A DNA stretch of 64,000 nucleotides from an uncultured delta proteobacterium (GCA_963696385.1 CAVOKF010000007.1:1248001-1312000); one strand, 5' to 3'; positions 1 through 11,004 are shown, numbered from the stretch's first letter. The notes: generated by a model from the letters alone, not told the origin. Numbers and translations: made by a program.

Positions 1-282
1 CAAGGGCATTGACGGGTTATCGCACGCTGGTGCGAGCTTGCCCGTGGCGCCAAACGGCTCCTTGGTGAATTCCGCGTCGAGCAGGTTCCACATCTCCGGA
101 ACGCCTTCGCACAGAAGCATCACCTTGAGATCGGGGCGCTTCGCCAGCAGTTCCATAACGTCGGCGGCCATGCCCTCGCACAATCCCGCGGGGTCACCGG
201 CCGCCATCGTCCCGTAACGGATTGTATAGAGGGACTCCCCATTCTTGTCGTGGAGCGTGACCGTCCGCAGTACGCCATCCGG
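1..282 (-). pseudogene. Degenerate transposase fragment (ISKra4-like)
   Basis: Manual translation gives RMAYCG / 1-nt slip near 266 / TVTLHDKNGESLYTIRYGTMAAGDPAGLCEGMAADVMELLAKRPDLKVMLLCEGVPEMWNLL. This resembles the ISKra4-family core as I recall it; the expected catalytic DGA reads EGV. Runs off the window edge. Confidence 0.55.
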
Positions 283-453
283 GTAGACCTCACCAGGGGA
301 TCGGTCAGCTCATCGCGCTCGGCTCGGCAACCTCCGTGAGGGGCGGCCGCAACGTCGTGGCCGCTCCCGTGCTCGGCGGTCTCCGCCACGATTATCACCG
401 CGCGGGGTGAGGAGCGCGGCTCCACGGATGGATGAAGTAGCCAATATCGGGCG

Positions 454-1604
454 TTACGAAAACCGCGGTTGGGTGTTTGATTGGCCGTCCGTCCCAAGAG
501 TCTGCCAAATTCGAATCGTCCCCAGCGCGAGCAAAGCGCCACAGGTGCCAAGGGAAGAGCGAAACTCCGGGGTTGGTAACAGCAAAACGTGGCTGGAAAG
601 AGCGAGCCAGAGAGCGACTATCACACTCGAGCCTCGGTCGCCTGCTGGAGGTTTGACGAGAAGCCCAAGGGCAGACATCCCCAGTGGAAGTGCGATTACG
701 GTAGGAGCATCGCTCCTGGTCGCCTCCTGCCATAACGTACGAAGGTATTCGCGAACGCCAACGTAAACGTGTGCCTGTGCGGGGGCGACAAGGCCAACGA
801 AGAGAGTAGTGTGAATGTACGTGGTCCACGGGTACGCGTGCCCGATGCGCTGAACGAGCATTCCTGCCAGCCCCAGCCCCACACTAGAGCAGAATGCCGC
901 CCTTCTTTCCGCGCCCCGCAAAGCGCGCCACCCTAGCCACATAGGAACAATCACAACTACAAGGATGTTGTCAGGTCGCACGAGCAACGCGACTGCGCTC
1001 AAAACAAGCGGATGCCAAAAAGTCTTTGCGTGGACCCACGCAGCCACAGCACACGCGAGGATTATACTGGAAAGTGTGTCCGGAGTGATGAGGCTGGCAT
1101 ACTCGGCACTCACCAGCGTGAACGGCAAGATCGTGCATATCGCGCAACGCTCGTTCGTTTGTCTCGCGACCCAGGTGAAAAGGAACATCGCGAACGCAAC
1201 GAAGGAGGCGATCCCAATCTTGCGAAAAGCATCGAGTGGGCTGCCTGAACAAGCCTTCCAGGCCGCAACCCCGGCCCAGATGTAAAGTGGCTTTATTCGA
1301 TACCCTGGCAACTGTTGAGTGAAATGGTCGGAATCTTTGAACATTCGGCGGCGATACTCACCGTCTTCGTCTGGGGCGTCACGCTGCGTTTCCCGACCAG
1401 CTCCGCATATACCGCCTCGGGTGCTTCGTTTTGGGCCACCCGGTACGCGGCCGCATGGGCCTGCGAGTCGTTCAGGCCATCCAGTGAAAAGACACTGGCG
1501 ACATACGGCAGGAGGTCCCAATTGTAGACGGGGGCGCGGTATGCGGACCAGGCCTCGACGGCGACCACGACGATAAAGAGGATCGTCCACGGTCGCTTCT
1601 TCAC
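454..1604 (-). pseudogene. Multi-pass membrane protein, GT-C-fold glycosyltransferase-like, frameshifted near 1360-1392
   Basis: GTG at 1604 gives KKRPWTILFIVVVAVEAWSAYRAPVYNWDLLPY (TM helix plus WD motif). The reading continues in another frame as EYRRRMFKD...YRIKPLY...TPD...LVRPDN with many TM helices. GC is visibly lower (32/60 in line 961). Confidence 0.55.
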
Positions 1605-2048
1605 TTCGTGGTCCCTTCCGCTTCGGACGCTGCCCACAGGGCGCTCTGACTCTAGCCGCTCCAGGCAAGGGGTGGCGATCTTATTCCGCATCCACACCGA
1701 GAGGGGGCGTGACCCTATGCACGTCTGGTTAAGGCACTGGCAACTTGGAAACGCTTGGGCGAAAAGATAAGGGCGTTGGGTCGGCGGGTGCAGGGCGGGT
1801 CCCTAACTAAGCGGCCCCCCGCGTAGCGCGTCGAACCGCGCGAGTCGCAAATCACGCGACGGATGTCGGCGGCGCTGGGGTCGCTGACGTACGACGCAGG
1901 CGCTCGCTGAGTCACGACGCGGTCGGCCGGGCGCCTACATCGGGGCCATCGGCACCCCGGGGCCTTCGGCGTCAAGGGAGGCTCGATGCTCCGGAGTGCG
2001 TGGACGCGGCGGGTCGTGACGACGCGATGATCGGCGCCGCCGCTCCCA

Positions 2049-3764
2049 TCAGCGCACGCGGAACGCCTCCGCGTATTGCGACGTGTGCGCGTAGGCAGGG
2101 CCAATCCAGACGCGACCGATTTTGGAAACGCACGACGGGTCTGGCCCAACGAAGCTCCTAAAGAAATCCAGCTCGCGTCCGAGCTCGAAGGTGTCGACCA
2201 GATAGGTCACCCCGCTCTCTCGCCAGTAGGCGCACAGGTCGTGGCGCTTCGTTTGATAAAAATCCCACGAGTTCACGAGGCCGTCGAGATTGACGGCCGA
2301 TCGCCCCGACAAGTAGCCAATGGTGCCTGCATTCCATGCGCCCACTCGAGCATCGTTCGGCACGTTGGCTCGAACCCATTGCGCTGCGGCATAGAGCGGC
2401 TCGCGCGAGAACCCGAGAAGCGCCTCTTTTCGCCACTGGGTCAAGGTGCGCGCGGAGGCAAGCAGAACTCCGCAGCAGGCCGCGCTCGAAAACAAGTAGG
2501 CGCGTGACGACCCTCTCGGGCTCCCTAGCGCTCGAGACGCGCGTCGGGCGGCCGTCTCCCCAATCGCCGCGAGCAGCATCGCGCCGAACCACGGCTGAAT
2601 CACGTAGTACCAGCGCTGAAAACTGTAGCCATCATGGAAGGCAAACCCATAAAGAGAGACCTGGAGAACGCCGAAGAGGACGACCGGACCCCAGGGGAAC
2701 CGTGAGGAAACCCGCGGGCGCGTAGCCCCCGCGACCACGGGCTCCTCTGCGCGAGCCGGACGTGGCCCGCCGGTAGCGTGGAGGACGGACCACAGCCATG
2801 CGGCGGGAGCCCCCACGGACCCGGCTGCAAGAAAGAGCACGTACGCATGTTTCATGTGACCAACAGGCCAAACGCCGTTGACCAGTTTGGCAGCCATCCA
2901 TCCGTTCGCCTGGTAGTGCCGATCGTCGTAGAGAAGTTGCACCGACCAATCGCGCTTAATGAATCCGTTGATGGGCAGCAGGTGACCAAAGAAGTGAACG
3001 TTGACGACCATGTAGGACAACACGGCCGCCAGGGGAGGCACACCCAGCGCGAGCAGGCGCCGGGCGCCCGCCATCGTCGGGCCGCCGCGAAGCTCCTCGA
3101 CGCCCAACGCCGTGAAGAGACATCCGAAGAACAGAATGTTGTCCAAGCGAGCCAGGAACGCCAGACTCAGAAGCGCGCCGAGGGCGAGGTGCGCGGTCCA
3201 TGCGGCCGGGCCGTCCGAGAACCGCGTCCGATAGCAATGAACCACCGCGAGGATACACGCACCATTCAGGCTGTACTCCAGCCCGGACAGCGGCAGCCGG
3301 TAAAGCAGTTGAACGTGGACCCAAAGCAACGCCGCGAGGATCGCCCCGGAGCGACTGAGATCGTTGCGCGCGATGCGATAGGTCAGGTCCACACCAATCG
3401 CCATCAGAATCGCCTGCAAAAGAACGGCGAGAATGAGCGCAATATCGATCGCCGACGTGAGCCAAAAAATGGGCACAAGGCAAAGGAGCCAGAGCGGGTG
3501 GTAGCCGTTCGTGGGGTGGAGGCCGTCGAAGGTCGAGCCCCGACCACGCGCAATCTCTTCGGCGATTTTCAGATAATAAAAACCGTCGTCGTAGGTCAGG
3601 CTCGTGCTGCCAACGGTCAGCGCCTCTCGGATACCCAAGCCGGTCAACGATCCATCGAGGCGATCGGAATGTACGCCCGCGATTACGAAGGCCGCCGCAA
3701 CGACGAGGCTGTAGAGAGCCAACCCGGCCCGGGCGCGGCGATCGATCGAGTCATCCGATCTCAT
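2049..3764 (-). CDS. GT-C-type integral membrane glycosyltransferase (ArnT/PMT/Aft-like)
   Basis: N-terminal TM then DDGFYYLKIA...TFDG..PTNGYHPLW; SGLE and LARLD motifs; many TM helices; C-terminal AGTIGYLS..NLDGLVN domain. ATG 3764 overlaps the end of the upstream gene. Confidence 0.7.
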   Translation of the reverse strand: MRSDDSIDRRARAGLALYSLVVAAAFVIAGVHSDRLDGSLTGLGIREALTVGSTSLTYDDGFYYLKIAEEIARGRGSTFDGLHPTNGYHPLWLLCLVPIFWLTSAIDIALILAVLLQAILMAIGVDLTYRIARNDLSRSGAILAALLWVHVQLLYRLPLSGLEYSLNGACILAVVHCYRTRFSDGPAAWTAHLALGALLSLAFLARLDNILFFGCLFTALGVEELRGGPTMAGARRLLALGVPPLAAVLSYMVVNVHFFGHLLPINGFIKRDWSVQLLYDDRHYQANGWMAAKLVNGVWPVGHMKHAYVLFLAAGSVGAPAAWLWSVLHATGGPRPARAEEPVVAGATRPRVSSRFPWGPVVLFGVLQVSLYGFAFHDGYSFQRWYYVIQPWFGAMLLAAIGETAARRASRALGSPRGSSRAYLFSSAACCGVLLASARTLTQWRKEALLGFSREPLYAAAQWVRANVPNDARVGAWNAGTIGYLSGRSAVNLDGLVNSWDFYQTKRHDLCAYWRESGVTYLVDTFELGRELDFFRSFVGPDPSCVSKIGRVWIGPAYAHTSQYAEAFRVR

Positions 3765-4545
3765 GACGATCCGTAGCGACACGCCGGCGAAGGAGAGTCC
3801 GCTTCACCCAGGCGGTGTGCCGCATCGCATCGGCGACAATGAAGCGCAAGCGCGCCGCCGCGACGCACTTGCTGACGCGAAGTGCAACGGGGGTGGAAAG
3901 GTCGCGGCGCATAAACACGGCATTGAACTGATTCCGACCACGCTGACCGTCGGTGCCCAACTCAATGAACCGCGCGGCGTGAAGGAGCGCGTGGATCTCC
4001 GGATAAAGTACTTGTTCCAGGGCAACGCAAGGCTCGGTTTCGACCTCCACGTGAACGAGCTGGACGTGGTGAAGGACGCCGGCCGCCCCCCGCAGCGCCT
4101 CGTACGCCTTTCCCTCTACGTCGGTCCATAGGGCGATTCGTGGATCGGCAAGTCGCTGGCCGCCGAGAAAGGAGTCCAATCGCGTGGTTCTGACAACGAC
4201 GCCATCCGGCGCTTCCAGCTCCCCGTAGCGCCTGTGGAGAGAGCTCTGCCCCCGCTCCCCGTTGACGGTCGAATAGTCCGCCTTCACGACGAAAAACTGC
4301 CCTTCGCCGTCGTAATCCGTCGCGGCGAGAGGGACGACTTGAATGTTCTGCTTTCGGAGGTGCGCGTTGGCCTGCATCTGACGAAGGTTTTCGGGGTTCG
4401 CCTCGAAGGCAAACACGCTCGCCTGAGGCATCGCGGCCCGAAACGCAAGAGCGTCGTCGCCGTTCATGGACCCGACGTCGCAGACCGCCGTAATGCCCAT
4501 TTCCGCGAGCAACCGGATGAATAGGCGTCGCGTGTTGAGCCTCAT
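3751..4545 (-). CDS. FkbM-family SAM methyltransferase
   Basis: VCDVGSMNG, FAFEANPEN, TRLDSF, WTDVEGKAYEALRG, VHVEV motifs; ATGA coupling to the upstream GT2. Confidence 0.85.
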   Translation of the reverse strand: MRLNTRRLFIRLLAEMGITAVCDVGSMNGDDALAFRAAMPQASVFAFEANPENLRQMQANAHLRKQNIQVVPLAATDYDGEGQFFVVKADYSTVNGERGQSSLHRRYGELEAPDGVVVRTTRLDSFLGGQRLADPRIALWTDVEGKAYEALRGAAGVLHHVQLVHVEVETEPCVALEQVLYPEIHALLHAARFIELGTDGQRGRNQFNAVFMRRDLSTPVALRVSKCVAAARLRFIVADAMRHTAWVKRTLLRRRVATDRHEIG

Positions 4546-5504
4546 GGGTCAGGCGCCGACGATCGCGCCTTGGCTAGATCTCGGTACTTCGAGAGCCAAC
4601 GAGAAGGCACCATCGGCCTCACCATGGCCTTGGACGCGCCCCACCACCATTGCGGATACGGCCACGCGAAGCGTGAGGCGCCGAGCACGCTTCGGGCGGC
4701 TGCGACGTGGTTGCCCTGGTCGAAGTAGAGCCCGGCAAGAAAGAGCGCAGCGTCGCCGCGCCGCTTGTGACAAAGCGACCTCAACCGCGGATCGGGAAGG
4801 AGCTTGGCCATTTTGCCAAAGAGCCGCACCCAGCTTCGGTATTCGGCGATGCGATCCAGGCTGTACCGATCCAAATGTTGGTCGCGGATGTAGGCGAGAG
4901 GATCCGGGGTCACGCTGACATCGCTCCGCAGGGCGAGGCGCAGCCAGAGGTCGCAGTCCTCGCCGTAGCGCTGCTCTTCGTCGAAGCCGCCCACCTCGTC
5001 AATGAATCCGCGCTCAACCATGACCGTCGCGGTGGCAATGTTGACGGTGAAGTTCAATAGAGGCTCGACGATCCGTCCGTCGTAAAGGCCCCAGCGCCGA
5101 GTATCGGTATCCGGCAGTGAATGACCGCGCTCATCGGTGAGCACGACGTTCGTGTAGCTCCAGCGTCGGTCGGGGCGCGACCGCATGATCTCGAGCTGGA
5201 CGGACAATTTGCGAGGGTCCCAAACGTCATCGGAGTCGAGAAACGCGATGTACTGACCACGCGACCGCCGAATGGCCTGGTTGCGAACCGCCCCGGGGTT
5301 TCCGCAATGCGGTAACCAGAGGACGACGATCCGTGCGTCGGAGAGATTTCGGAGGTAGGTACGCGCCTCCTCGTCCGAACCGTCGTCGGCGATGAAGAGC
5401 TCCCAGCTTTCGTGGGTTTGATGCAGTACAGAGTCGATCGCCTGGCGCAGGTAGTTCAGGCGGTTGAATGTGGGCAGGACGATCGACACATCGGGAGTGA
5501 GCAT
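4542..5504 (-). CDS. Glycosyltransferase family 2
   Basis: VSIVLPTFNR, DDGSD, RNQAI, AFLDSDD (DxD) and GEDCDLWLR motifs. Confidence 0.92.
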   Translation of the reverse strand: MLTPDVSIVLPTFNRLNYLRQAIDSVLHQTHESWELFIADDGSDEEARTYLRNLSDARIVVLWLPHCGNPGAVRNQAIRRSRGQYIAFLDSDDVWDPRKLSVQLEIMRSRPDRRWSYTNVVLTDERGHSLPDTDTRRWGLYDGRIVEPLLNFTVNIATATVMVERGFIDEVGGFDEEQRYGEDCDLWLRLALRSDVSVTPDPLAYIRDQHLDRYSLDRIAEYRSWVRLFGKMAKLLPDPRLRSLCHKRRGDAALFLAGLYFDQGNHVAAARSVLGASRFAWPYPQWWWGASKAMVRPMVPSRWLSKYRDLAKARSSAPDP

Positions 5505-5528
5505 CCGCGCAGCCCGCCCACAATTCTC

Positions 5529-7070
5529 TCAGATGCTCTCGGCTTTGGGATCGCGCAGGCGCACAATCTTCTGCCCGATCTCGAGCTCCAGGGGACGCCC
5601 GTACGTGCCCGTGGCATATCGCCAGCGCGAAAGATTTCGCAGCGCGGCTTTCCCCCAGCGGGGCGTGCGATGATCCTGCACGGTCGGAAAGCGGCACGCG
5701 AGCACCCGAGCGAAATCCGCGACGCGTCGACGGGTGCGGGGCGTCAGCCATGGGGCGTCCTGGTGGCACACCCATTGGACCCAGCGCGGCTGCGTCCACT
5801 CCTCTGGCGTCGTGGGCAGCGCGGGGCCGGACGGCCCGTACGTCCGCAAGACGGGCAAGTGCGCGATGCCCGGCTCCTTGCGAAACGACACGCGGTCGAC
5901 CTGCGGGGTGGGGCTGTAGAAGTAGAGAATGATCTCGGAGTCTGGATTGATGGTCTTGATCTTGCGAACGAATGCAAACGTCTTGTCGATTTCGCCTTCC
6001 GGGTCGTCGGGCCCGCCGAGGACGAAGGAGAACTCCGGAATCACGCCGTACTCGCGACATCGCGCGGCCACTTCGAGCGTATGATCGACCCGCGACCCTT
6101 TGCGCATGCGCGACAGGACGTCGTCGCTGGCCGTCTCGGCGCCGATATAGGCCATCCGCAAGCGGCTCCGGCGAATGGCCTCCCAGGTAGAGGCCGAGAA
6201 TCGCGCGAGGGTGTCGGCGCGCGCGTAGCACCACCACGGCATTCCGAGCCGGGCGAGCACTTCGAGCGTCGGAATGCTGCTTTCCTCGCGATCGAAGAAG
6301 TTGTGGTCGAAGAACTGCACCGCGTCGGCGCCCCAGCGATCGCGGAGCAATCCAAGGGCTGCCTCCATGCGTCGCGGCGCGTCGAGGATCGTCTGCCCGT
6401 TCCACATCGAGACGACGCCGCAGAACTCGCACTTGAAGCGGCAGCCGAGCGCCGCCTGGTGGACTGCCGTGCGCGCTCCGAGAAAGCTTGGCCGCAAGTA
6501 ACCGCTTACGTCGCCGAGGCGCTCGTAGGGCAGAGGGGGCAGGATGTCCGGAGGGACGAGCGCCCGGTCGGGGTTGTGAACGGTTTGGCCGCCGCGCTTC
6601 CAGGTGAGTCCGGCAATGCCCTGGATTGTGGTGGCGTCGCGGGCCGAGTCGGTTGAGGAGGGGGCCCCGGCGTCGGGCAAGCCATCCAGGAGATCGAGAA
6701 GCGTGTGCTCGCCCTGCCCGCGAACAAGATAGTCGACATAGGGCGCGTTGATCGCCGAGTCGGGGTAGAGCGTGGGGAAGTAGCCGCCCCATGCGATGGG
6801 CACAGTGGGGAACGACGCGCGGATGGCGGCGGAGATCTCGATGGCCGTCGCGACCTGCGGCCCCGGCATCACAGTGACGCCCACGAGCGCGTGGGGTTGC
6901 TGACCAAGGGCGGCCAGCGCCGAGTCCCGGATCGGTCCGAGATTCCCGTCGAGGATTCGCCAAGGGTGTCGGCCCTCGAGGACGGCTGCGAGGTGCAGAA
7001 CGGACAGCGGCAGTCGCGTACTGTGCGGCCGGCACATGTGCGGGTTGACTAGCAGCACGGCCGCGGCCAT
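5529..7070 (-). CDS. Cobalamin-binding radical SAM protein (#1)
   Basis: N-terminal B12-binding Rossmann region (PLSVLHLA, WGGYFPT, RGQGE); CxxxCxxC = CRFKCEFC; DHNFF and IGAETAS motifs. Confidence 0.9.
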   Translation of the reverse strand: MAAAVLLVNPHMCRPHSTRLPLSVLHLAAVLEGRHPWRILDGNLGPIRDSALAALGQQPHALVGVTVMPGPQVATAIEISAAIRASFPTVPIAWGGYFPTLYPDSAINAPYVDYLVRGQGEHTLLDLLDGLPDAGAPSSTDSARDATTIQGIAGLTWKRGGQTVHNPDRALVPPDILPPLPYERLGDVSGYLRPSFLGARTAVHQAALGCRFKCEFCGVVSMWNGQTILDAPRRMEAALGLLRDRWGADAVQFFDHNFFDREESSIPTLEVLARLGMPWWCYARADTLARFSASTWEAIRRSRLRMAYIGAETASDDVLSRMRKGSRVDHTLEVAARCREYGVIPEFSFVLGGPDDPEGEIDKTFAFVRKIKTINPDSEIILYFYSPTPQVDRVSFRKEPGIAHLPVLRTYGPSGPALPTTPEEWTQPRWVQWVCHQDAPWLTPRTRRRVADFARVLACRFPTVQDHRTPRWGKAALRNLSRWRYATGTYGRPLELEIGQKIVRLRDPKAESI

Positions 7071-7128
7071 CGGACGCGGACTCTAGCATAGCGGTGTCGC
7101 TGTTGAGGTTCGGGGCGACGAGAGACAC

Positions 7129-8343
7129 TCACCGCTCTTGGGCCAACGACTCGCCGCGTCGCGCCAGAACCGCGCGATATGCTCCTAACGCCTTTCGACC
7201 GACTGCGGGCCAACTGAGATCGCGTTCGAAGTGAGCGCGCACGGATGCGCGCCGGACGGCAAAGTCCTCCCTCCCCAGACGCTCAATGGCCCTCCCGAGC
7301 CCCGCGGCATCGCCGGGCTGGAAGAGCGCGCCGATCCGCCCGCCGGCGGTGATGGATCGGAAGGGTGCGATATCGGTCACGACGGGTGTCACGCCGAACG
7401 ACAGGGCTTCGAGCAGGGAAAAACACGCCACCTCATGGTGGCTGCCGAGGACGAAGACGTCGGCCGCGGCGTAAAGAGCGGGCAGGGCACGTCGTTCCAT
7501 GCGGCCTCGAAGATGTACGCGTCGTGCAAGCCCCGGCGACCGTGCGATCCGGGCCTTTACCGCGGCGAGCAAATCATCCTCGCCGTAGACCAGCGTCAGC
7601 GCAGCGTCTGGCAATACCGCCGCCGCGCGTTCGAATCCATCGAGCACCGTCAGCGGATCCTTGTTCGAGTCGAGCCGGCCCACCCACAAGATGGCGGGAT
7701 GCCCGGGCAGTGCGTCATCAGCGACAGGCAGCGATCCGATCGCGGTACTGCTCTCGAGGACCTCGTACACCGCGTCCTTGCTGCCGATGACTCCAGCGCG
7801 CAGCCAAGGAGCCGCCTGGTCGCGAACGGTAAACAGGAATCCGTCGGCGGCGCCCAGGCCAAATCGGTAGAAGCGGCGTCCTCGCCACGTTCGGAACGCG
7901 GGAGAGTGCGCATGGAACCCGCCGTGGTCCTGAACCACGATGGCCGTTCGCGAGGGGAGCTTCATTCGAAGCGCGCGAACGATCATGGGAAACACGAGGC
8001 CATCGACGTGCACAACGTGCGGGGCGAGTCGGCGGACTCGGTGGGTCATCCGGCCACCCCAAAACCATGCGGGCGGCCGCGGCGGCGCCGCTTCCTCGAC
8101 GAAGTGATACTGCACGCGACCGTCTGTCACGACCGCGTCCCGACTGAACTGTTGCACGACACTCACGGGGCCTGCGCCCGCGGCGACCAGCGCTTCGGCC
8201 CACCCTGTCAGCGCATGATAGCGAGAAAGGAGCGCCTCCGGCTCGCGATCGGCGGGGTCGAAACAGCAGCTGGCGATGCTGACGGCGAGCGGGCTGTCCC
8301 TTGGACGGGGGTCCGAATGGACCATTTGTCCCTGGACGCTCAC
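7129..8343 (-). CDS. Glycosyltransferase family 4 (GT-B)
   Basis: WVGRLDSNK; EX7E motif EVACFSLLE; GVTPVVTDI. GTG 8343 forms a GTGA overlap with the upstream stop. Confidence 0.88.
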   Translation of the reverse strand: MSVQGQMVHSDPRPRDSPLAVSIASCCFDPADREPEALLSRYHALTGWAEALVAAGAGPVSVVQQFSRDAVVTDGRVQYHFVEEAAPPRPPAWFWGGRMTHRVRRLAPHVVHVDGLVFPMIVRALRMKLPSRTAIVVQDHGGFHAHSPAFRTWRGRRFYRFGLGAADGFLFTVRDQAAPWLRAGVIGSKDAVYEVLESSTAIGSLPVADDALPGHPAILWVGRLDSNKDPLTVLDGFERAAAVLPDAALTLVYGEDDLLAAVKARIARSPGLARRVHLRGRMERRALPALYAAADVFVLGSHHEVACFSLLEALSFGVTPVVTDIAPFRSITAGGRIGALFQPGDAAGLGRAIERLGREDFAVRRASVRAHFERDLSWPAVGRKALGAYRAVLARRGESLAQER

Positions 8344-9134
8344 GCGGACCCACGCACCCGTGGGTGTCGGCCGCGCCTTTCCACATCGAGGACATAGAAC
8401 CGTCCCGCCGAGCTCAGAGGCCATGTGCGCGACACGTGGGTCTCGAAACGCGCGGCGATGTCGAGCAGCCGCTCCGGAAGTGCCCGTTCGAGCCTTCGGC
8501 CAATCAGGAGCCCAAGGGAGTACGCCCCTCGATAGGCGAACTCGTGGGCAAATACGCGACGATAAAGCTCACCGGGGGCCAGAAGCGTGTGCTCGACTCG
8601 GTGACCGTGAACGTCGACTTCGACGATGTGCGAACCGGGTCGGACGGCGCGCCACCACCCCCTGGGCCCGCGGCTTCCATGGCCGGGGGCAAGAACGTGC
8701 GTCACCAGTCGGCCTCCTGGACGAACAAGACGCGCGGCTTCTCGAGCGAAAGGAAGAAGGTCGATCGTGTTGAGCGCGGCGAAGGAGGAGACGATTCCGT
8801 CAAACGGGCCCGTGAGATCGCGCATCACCTGGCCGATGTCGCCGGGCCGTACGTCGACGATCGACGCCGAGGAAGCCTGCCGAAGCTTGCTGCGAAGCTC
8901 GCTCAACATGCCCGACGAAAGGTCCACCGCGGTCACTCGGATGCCGAGGGAAGCCAAATGAATCGTGTCCAAGCCCGTGCCACATCCGACATCGAGGACC
9001 CGGTCGCCGGCGTAAAAGAGTTTCGCGAAATGTCGCCACAAGGCCCGACGCATCCAAGCGTCGCGCTGAAGGAGACGGTCGTAGTCACCCGAGACCGAGT
9101 CGTACGCCGACGCTATGCGCCACTCGTTTGACAC
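8340..9134 (-). CDS. Class I SAM-dependent methyltransferase
   Basis: VLDVGCGTG, AVDLSSGML, FDGIVSSF, LVRPGG motifs; GTG 9134 follows AAGGAGG. Confidence 0.88.
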   Translation of the reverse strand: MSNEWRIASAYDSVSGDYDRLLQRDAWMRRALWRHFAKLFYAGDRVLDVGCGTGLDTIHLASLGIRVTAVDLSSGMLSELRSKLRQASSASIVDVRPGDIGQVMRDLTGPFDGIVSSFAALNTIDLLPFAREAARLVRPGGRLVTHVLAPGHGSRGPRGWWRAVRPGSHIVEVDVHGHRVEHTLLAPGELYRRVFAHEFAYRGAYSLGLLIGRRLERALPERLLDIAARFETHVSRTWPLSSAGRFYVLDVERRGRHPRVRGSA

Positions 9135-9293
9135 GACTGCGGCCTCCTTTTCCCACATGCGAGGCCTGGAATCCACTTTGAATCCGGGGCGGGCCCCGGG
9201 TACGCGAAGAGGGAGTCGCAAGAGGCCAACGTACCGGCTACGGTCGAACACGGAGCTCGAAGGGTGGTCGCATCGACGGCAAGGCGCAGCGCG

Positions 9294-10016
9294 ATGAGAG
9301 ATTCGCCCCCACATGGATGGCGTGGGTTGAGCTTCCGCGCCGTTGCCGTGGTGCGCACTCGAGTCGTGCGCCCTCTGATCTATCAATGGCGCCGGCGAGC
9401 TCTCCTCCGCGGTATGGCCCACGCTTCGGAGGTACAGCTTCTTGGACATCGCCTTCGCACGGATCCGGGGGTTTTCCACCCCCTCTACTTTTCTTCTTCG
9501 CGAATTCTTGCGGCGCACCTGCTCGCGCAACCCCTACGCGGCCGTCGGGTCTTGGACATGGGCACGGGCGCTGGCCCAATCGCGGTCTGCATGGCCGCAG
9601 CGGGGGCTCGAGTCACGGCCTGCGACATCAATCCACGCGCTGTGGTCCTCGCTACCGAAAACGCCGCGCTGAACGGGCTGGAAGTCGAAGCGCTCGAGTC
9701 GGACTTGTTCGCCGCACTTCCTGACAGACGGTTCGACCTCATCAGCTTCAATATCCCGTTTTTTGCGCGCGACGCTGCCTCGCACATCGATGCGGCATTC
9801 AACGCGGGTCGCCATCTCGAGACCCTCCGTCGCTTCGCTCAAGGCTGCATCCGACACCTCGAGCACAACGGCCGCGCCGTGATCATCCTCTCCGAGGACG
9901 GCGATCGCGGCGAAGTCTTCCGAACGTTCACCGAGTCGGGCCTCGCGTTAGAGAGAACGATCTTGTCGAGTAGCCTTTTCGAGCACTTTTGTGTCGCATG
10001 GTTCCGTGTGTCGTAA
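9294..10016 (+). CDS. HemK/PrmC-like SAM methyltransferase
   Basis: PGVFHP, VLDMGTGAG, CDINPRA, SDLF, and FNIPF (NPPY-like). Start could lie between 9264 and 9414. Confidence 0.82.
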   Translation: MRDSPPHGWRGLSFRAVAVVRTRVVRPLIYQWRRRALLRGMAHASEVQLLGHRLRTDPGVFHPLYFSSSRILAAHLLAQPLRGRRVLDMGTGAGPIAVCMAAAGARVTACDINPRAVVLATENAALNGLEVEALESDLFAALPDRRFDLISFNIPFFARDAASHIDAAFNAGRHLETLRRFAQGCIRHLEHNGRAVIILSEDGDRGEVFRTFTESGLALERTILSSSLFEHFCVAWFRVS

Positions 10017-10067
10017 CGGGTCTCTCTCGTTTCTTCCGCGATCTCAACGTTCGCCCCCCCGCGCACC

Positions 10068-11004
10068 TCACTCTTTCCCCCATTCGCCGAGCGGGCGGCC
10101 GACCACAAGCTTGAAGCGGGCGGGTTCCCGTGAGCCGCGCAGGCGAGCCACGTGGGGCTTGAGCCACCACCGAATCCCATACCAAGGCTCAATAAACTCC
10201 CAGCGCAATCCGAGCTGTGGCTCCAATGCGGCGAGCCGCTCGTAGGTGAGGTAGCCCTCGCTATGGAGGGCGTTTCCGCGAAACCCGTAGCGGCGCTCGA
10301 AGTCGTTCTCGCGCTCCTGTACCATTTGCGCGCCACTGGACGGGTCGCGATACAGGGGCGAATCCATGATCACGATGCGGCCTCTCGGCGAAAGGACCCG
10401 TAGGGCTTCGCGGAGGGTCGAGGTGTAGTCCGCGGCGTAATGAAAGGACGCGTTGTAGATGACCAGGGCGATGCTCCGGTCGCAAAGGGGCAAGCGATCG
10501 AACTCGGCCAGCAAAGACGAAAAGGCGCAGTCGTAGTGGCGGTGGACGCCTAGACCGTCGAAGTCGTTGGTGACGAGAATCGACCGCGGCGACGTGATGT
10601 CCGCGGAGTGCGAGTCGATAGGCAAGCCAGCCGAGGCCGCTTCCCAGGTCCAGGATGCGAAGCGGCTCGCGCTCCTGGCGCTCCATCGGCTGCACCACAC
10701 CGCGCAGCAGAGATCGGAAGCTGCGTGACCGAACGGCCCACTCGTAGGCGCGCTTTCGAGACAGGTCCCGGTACGGGAGCGCTTGCAGATGATCCCGACG
10801 CTGCACCCGCCGGCCCTCGGCGGCCCGCACCGTCTCGTACTGCGCGACGAATTCGCGAAACGCGTCCTGTCGTCCCTCGGCCATCAGACCCCAGATTCCG
10901 CCGTCGCGCCGAAAGGTCGCGCCGCAGCGCGGACAACGGCGGATCCCGCTTGGCTCGGGCGTCAACGCGGCGTGGCACGACGGGCACGCCAGCACGGCGG
11001 CCAT
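10068..11004 (-). pseudogene. Class I methyltransferase with N-terminal Trm112-like Zn ribbon, frameshifted at ~10578
   Basis: LACPSC...RCPRCG, ILDLGSGLGW, HVAAVD, then one extra base (GATTCTC), then LVTNDFDGLG...YNASFHY...LSPRGRIVIMDSP. Joins track ORFs 10261..11037 and 10068..10700. Confidence 0.8.
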
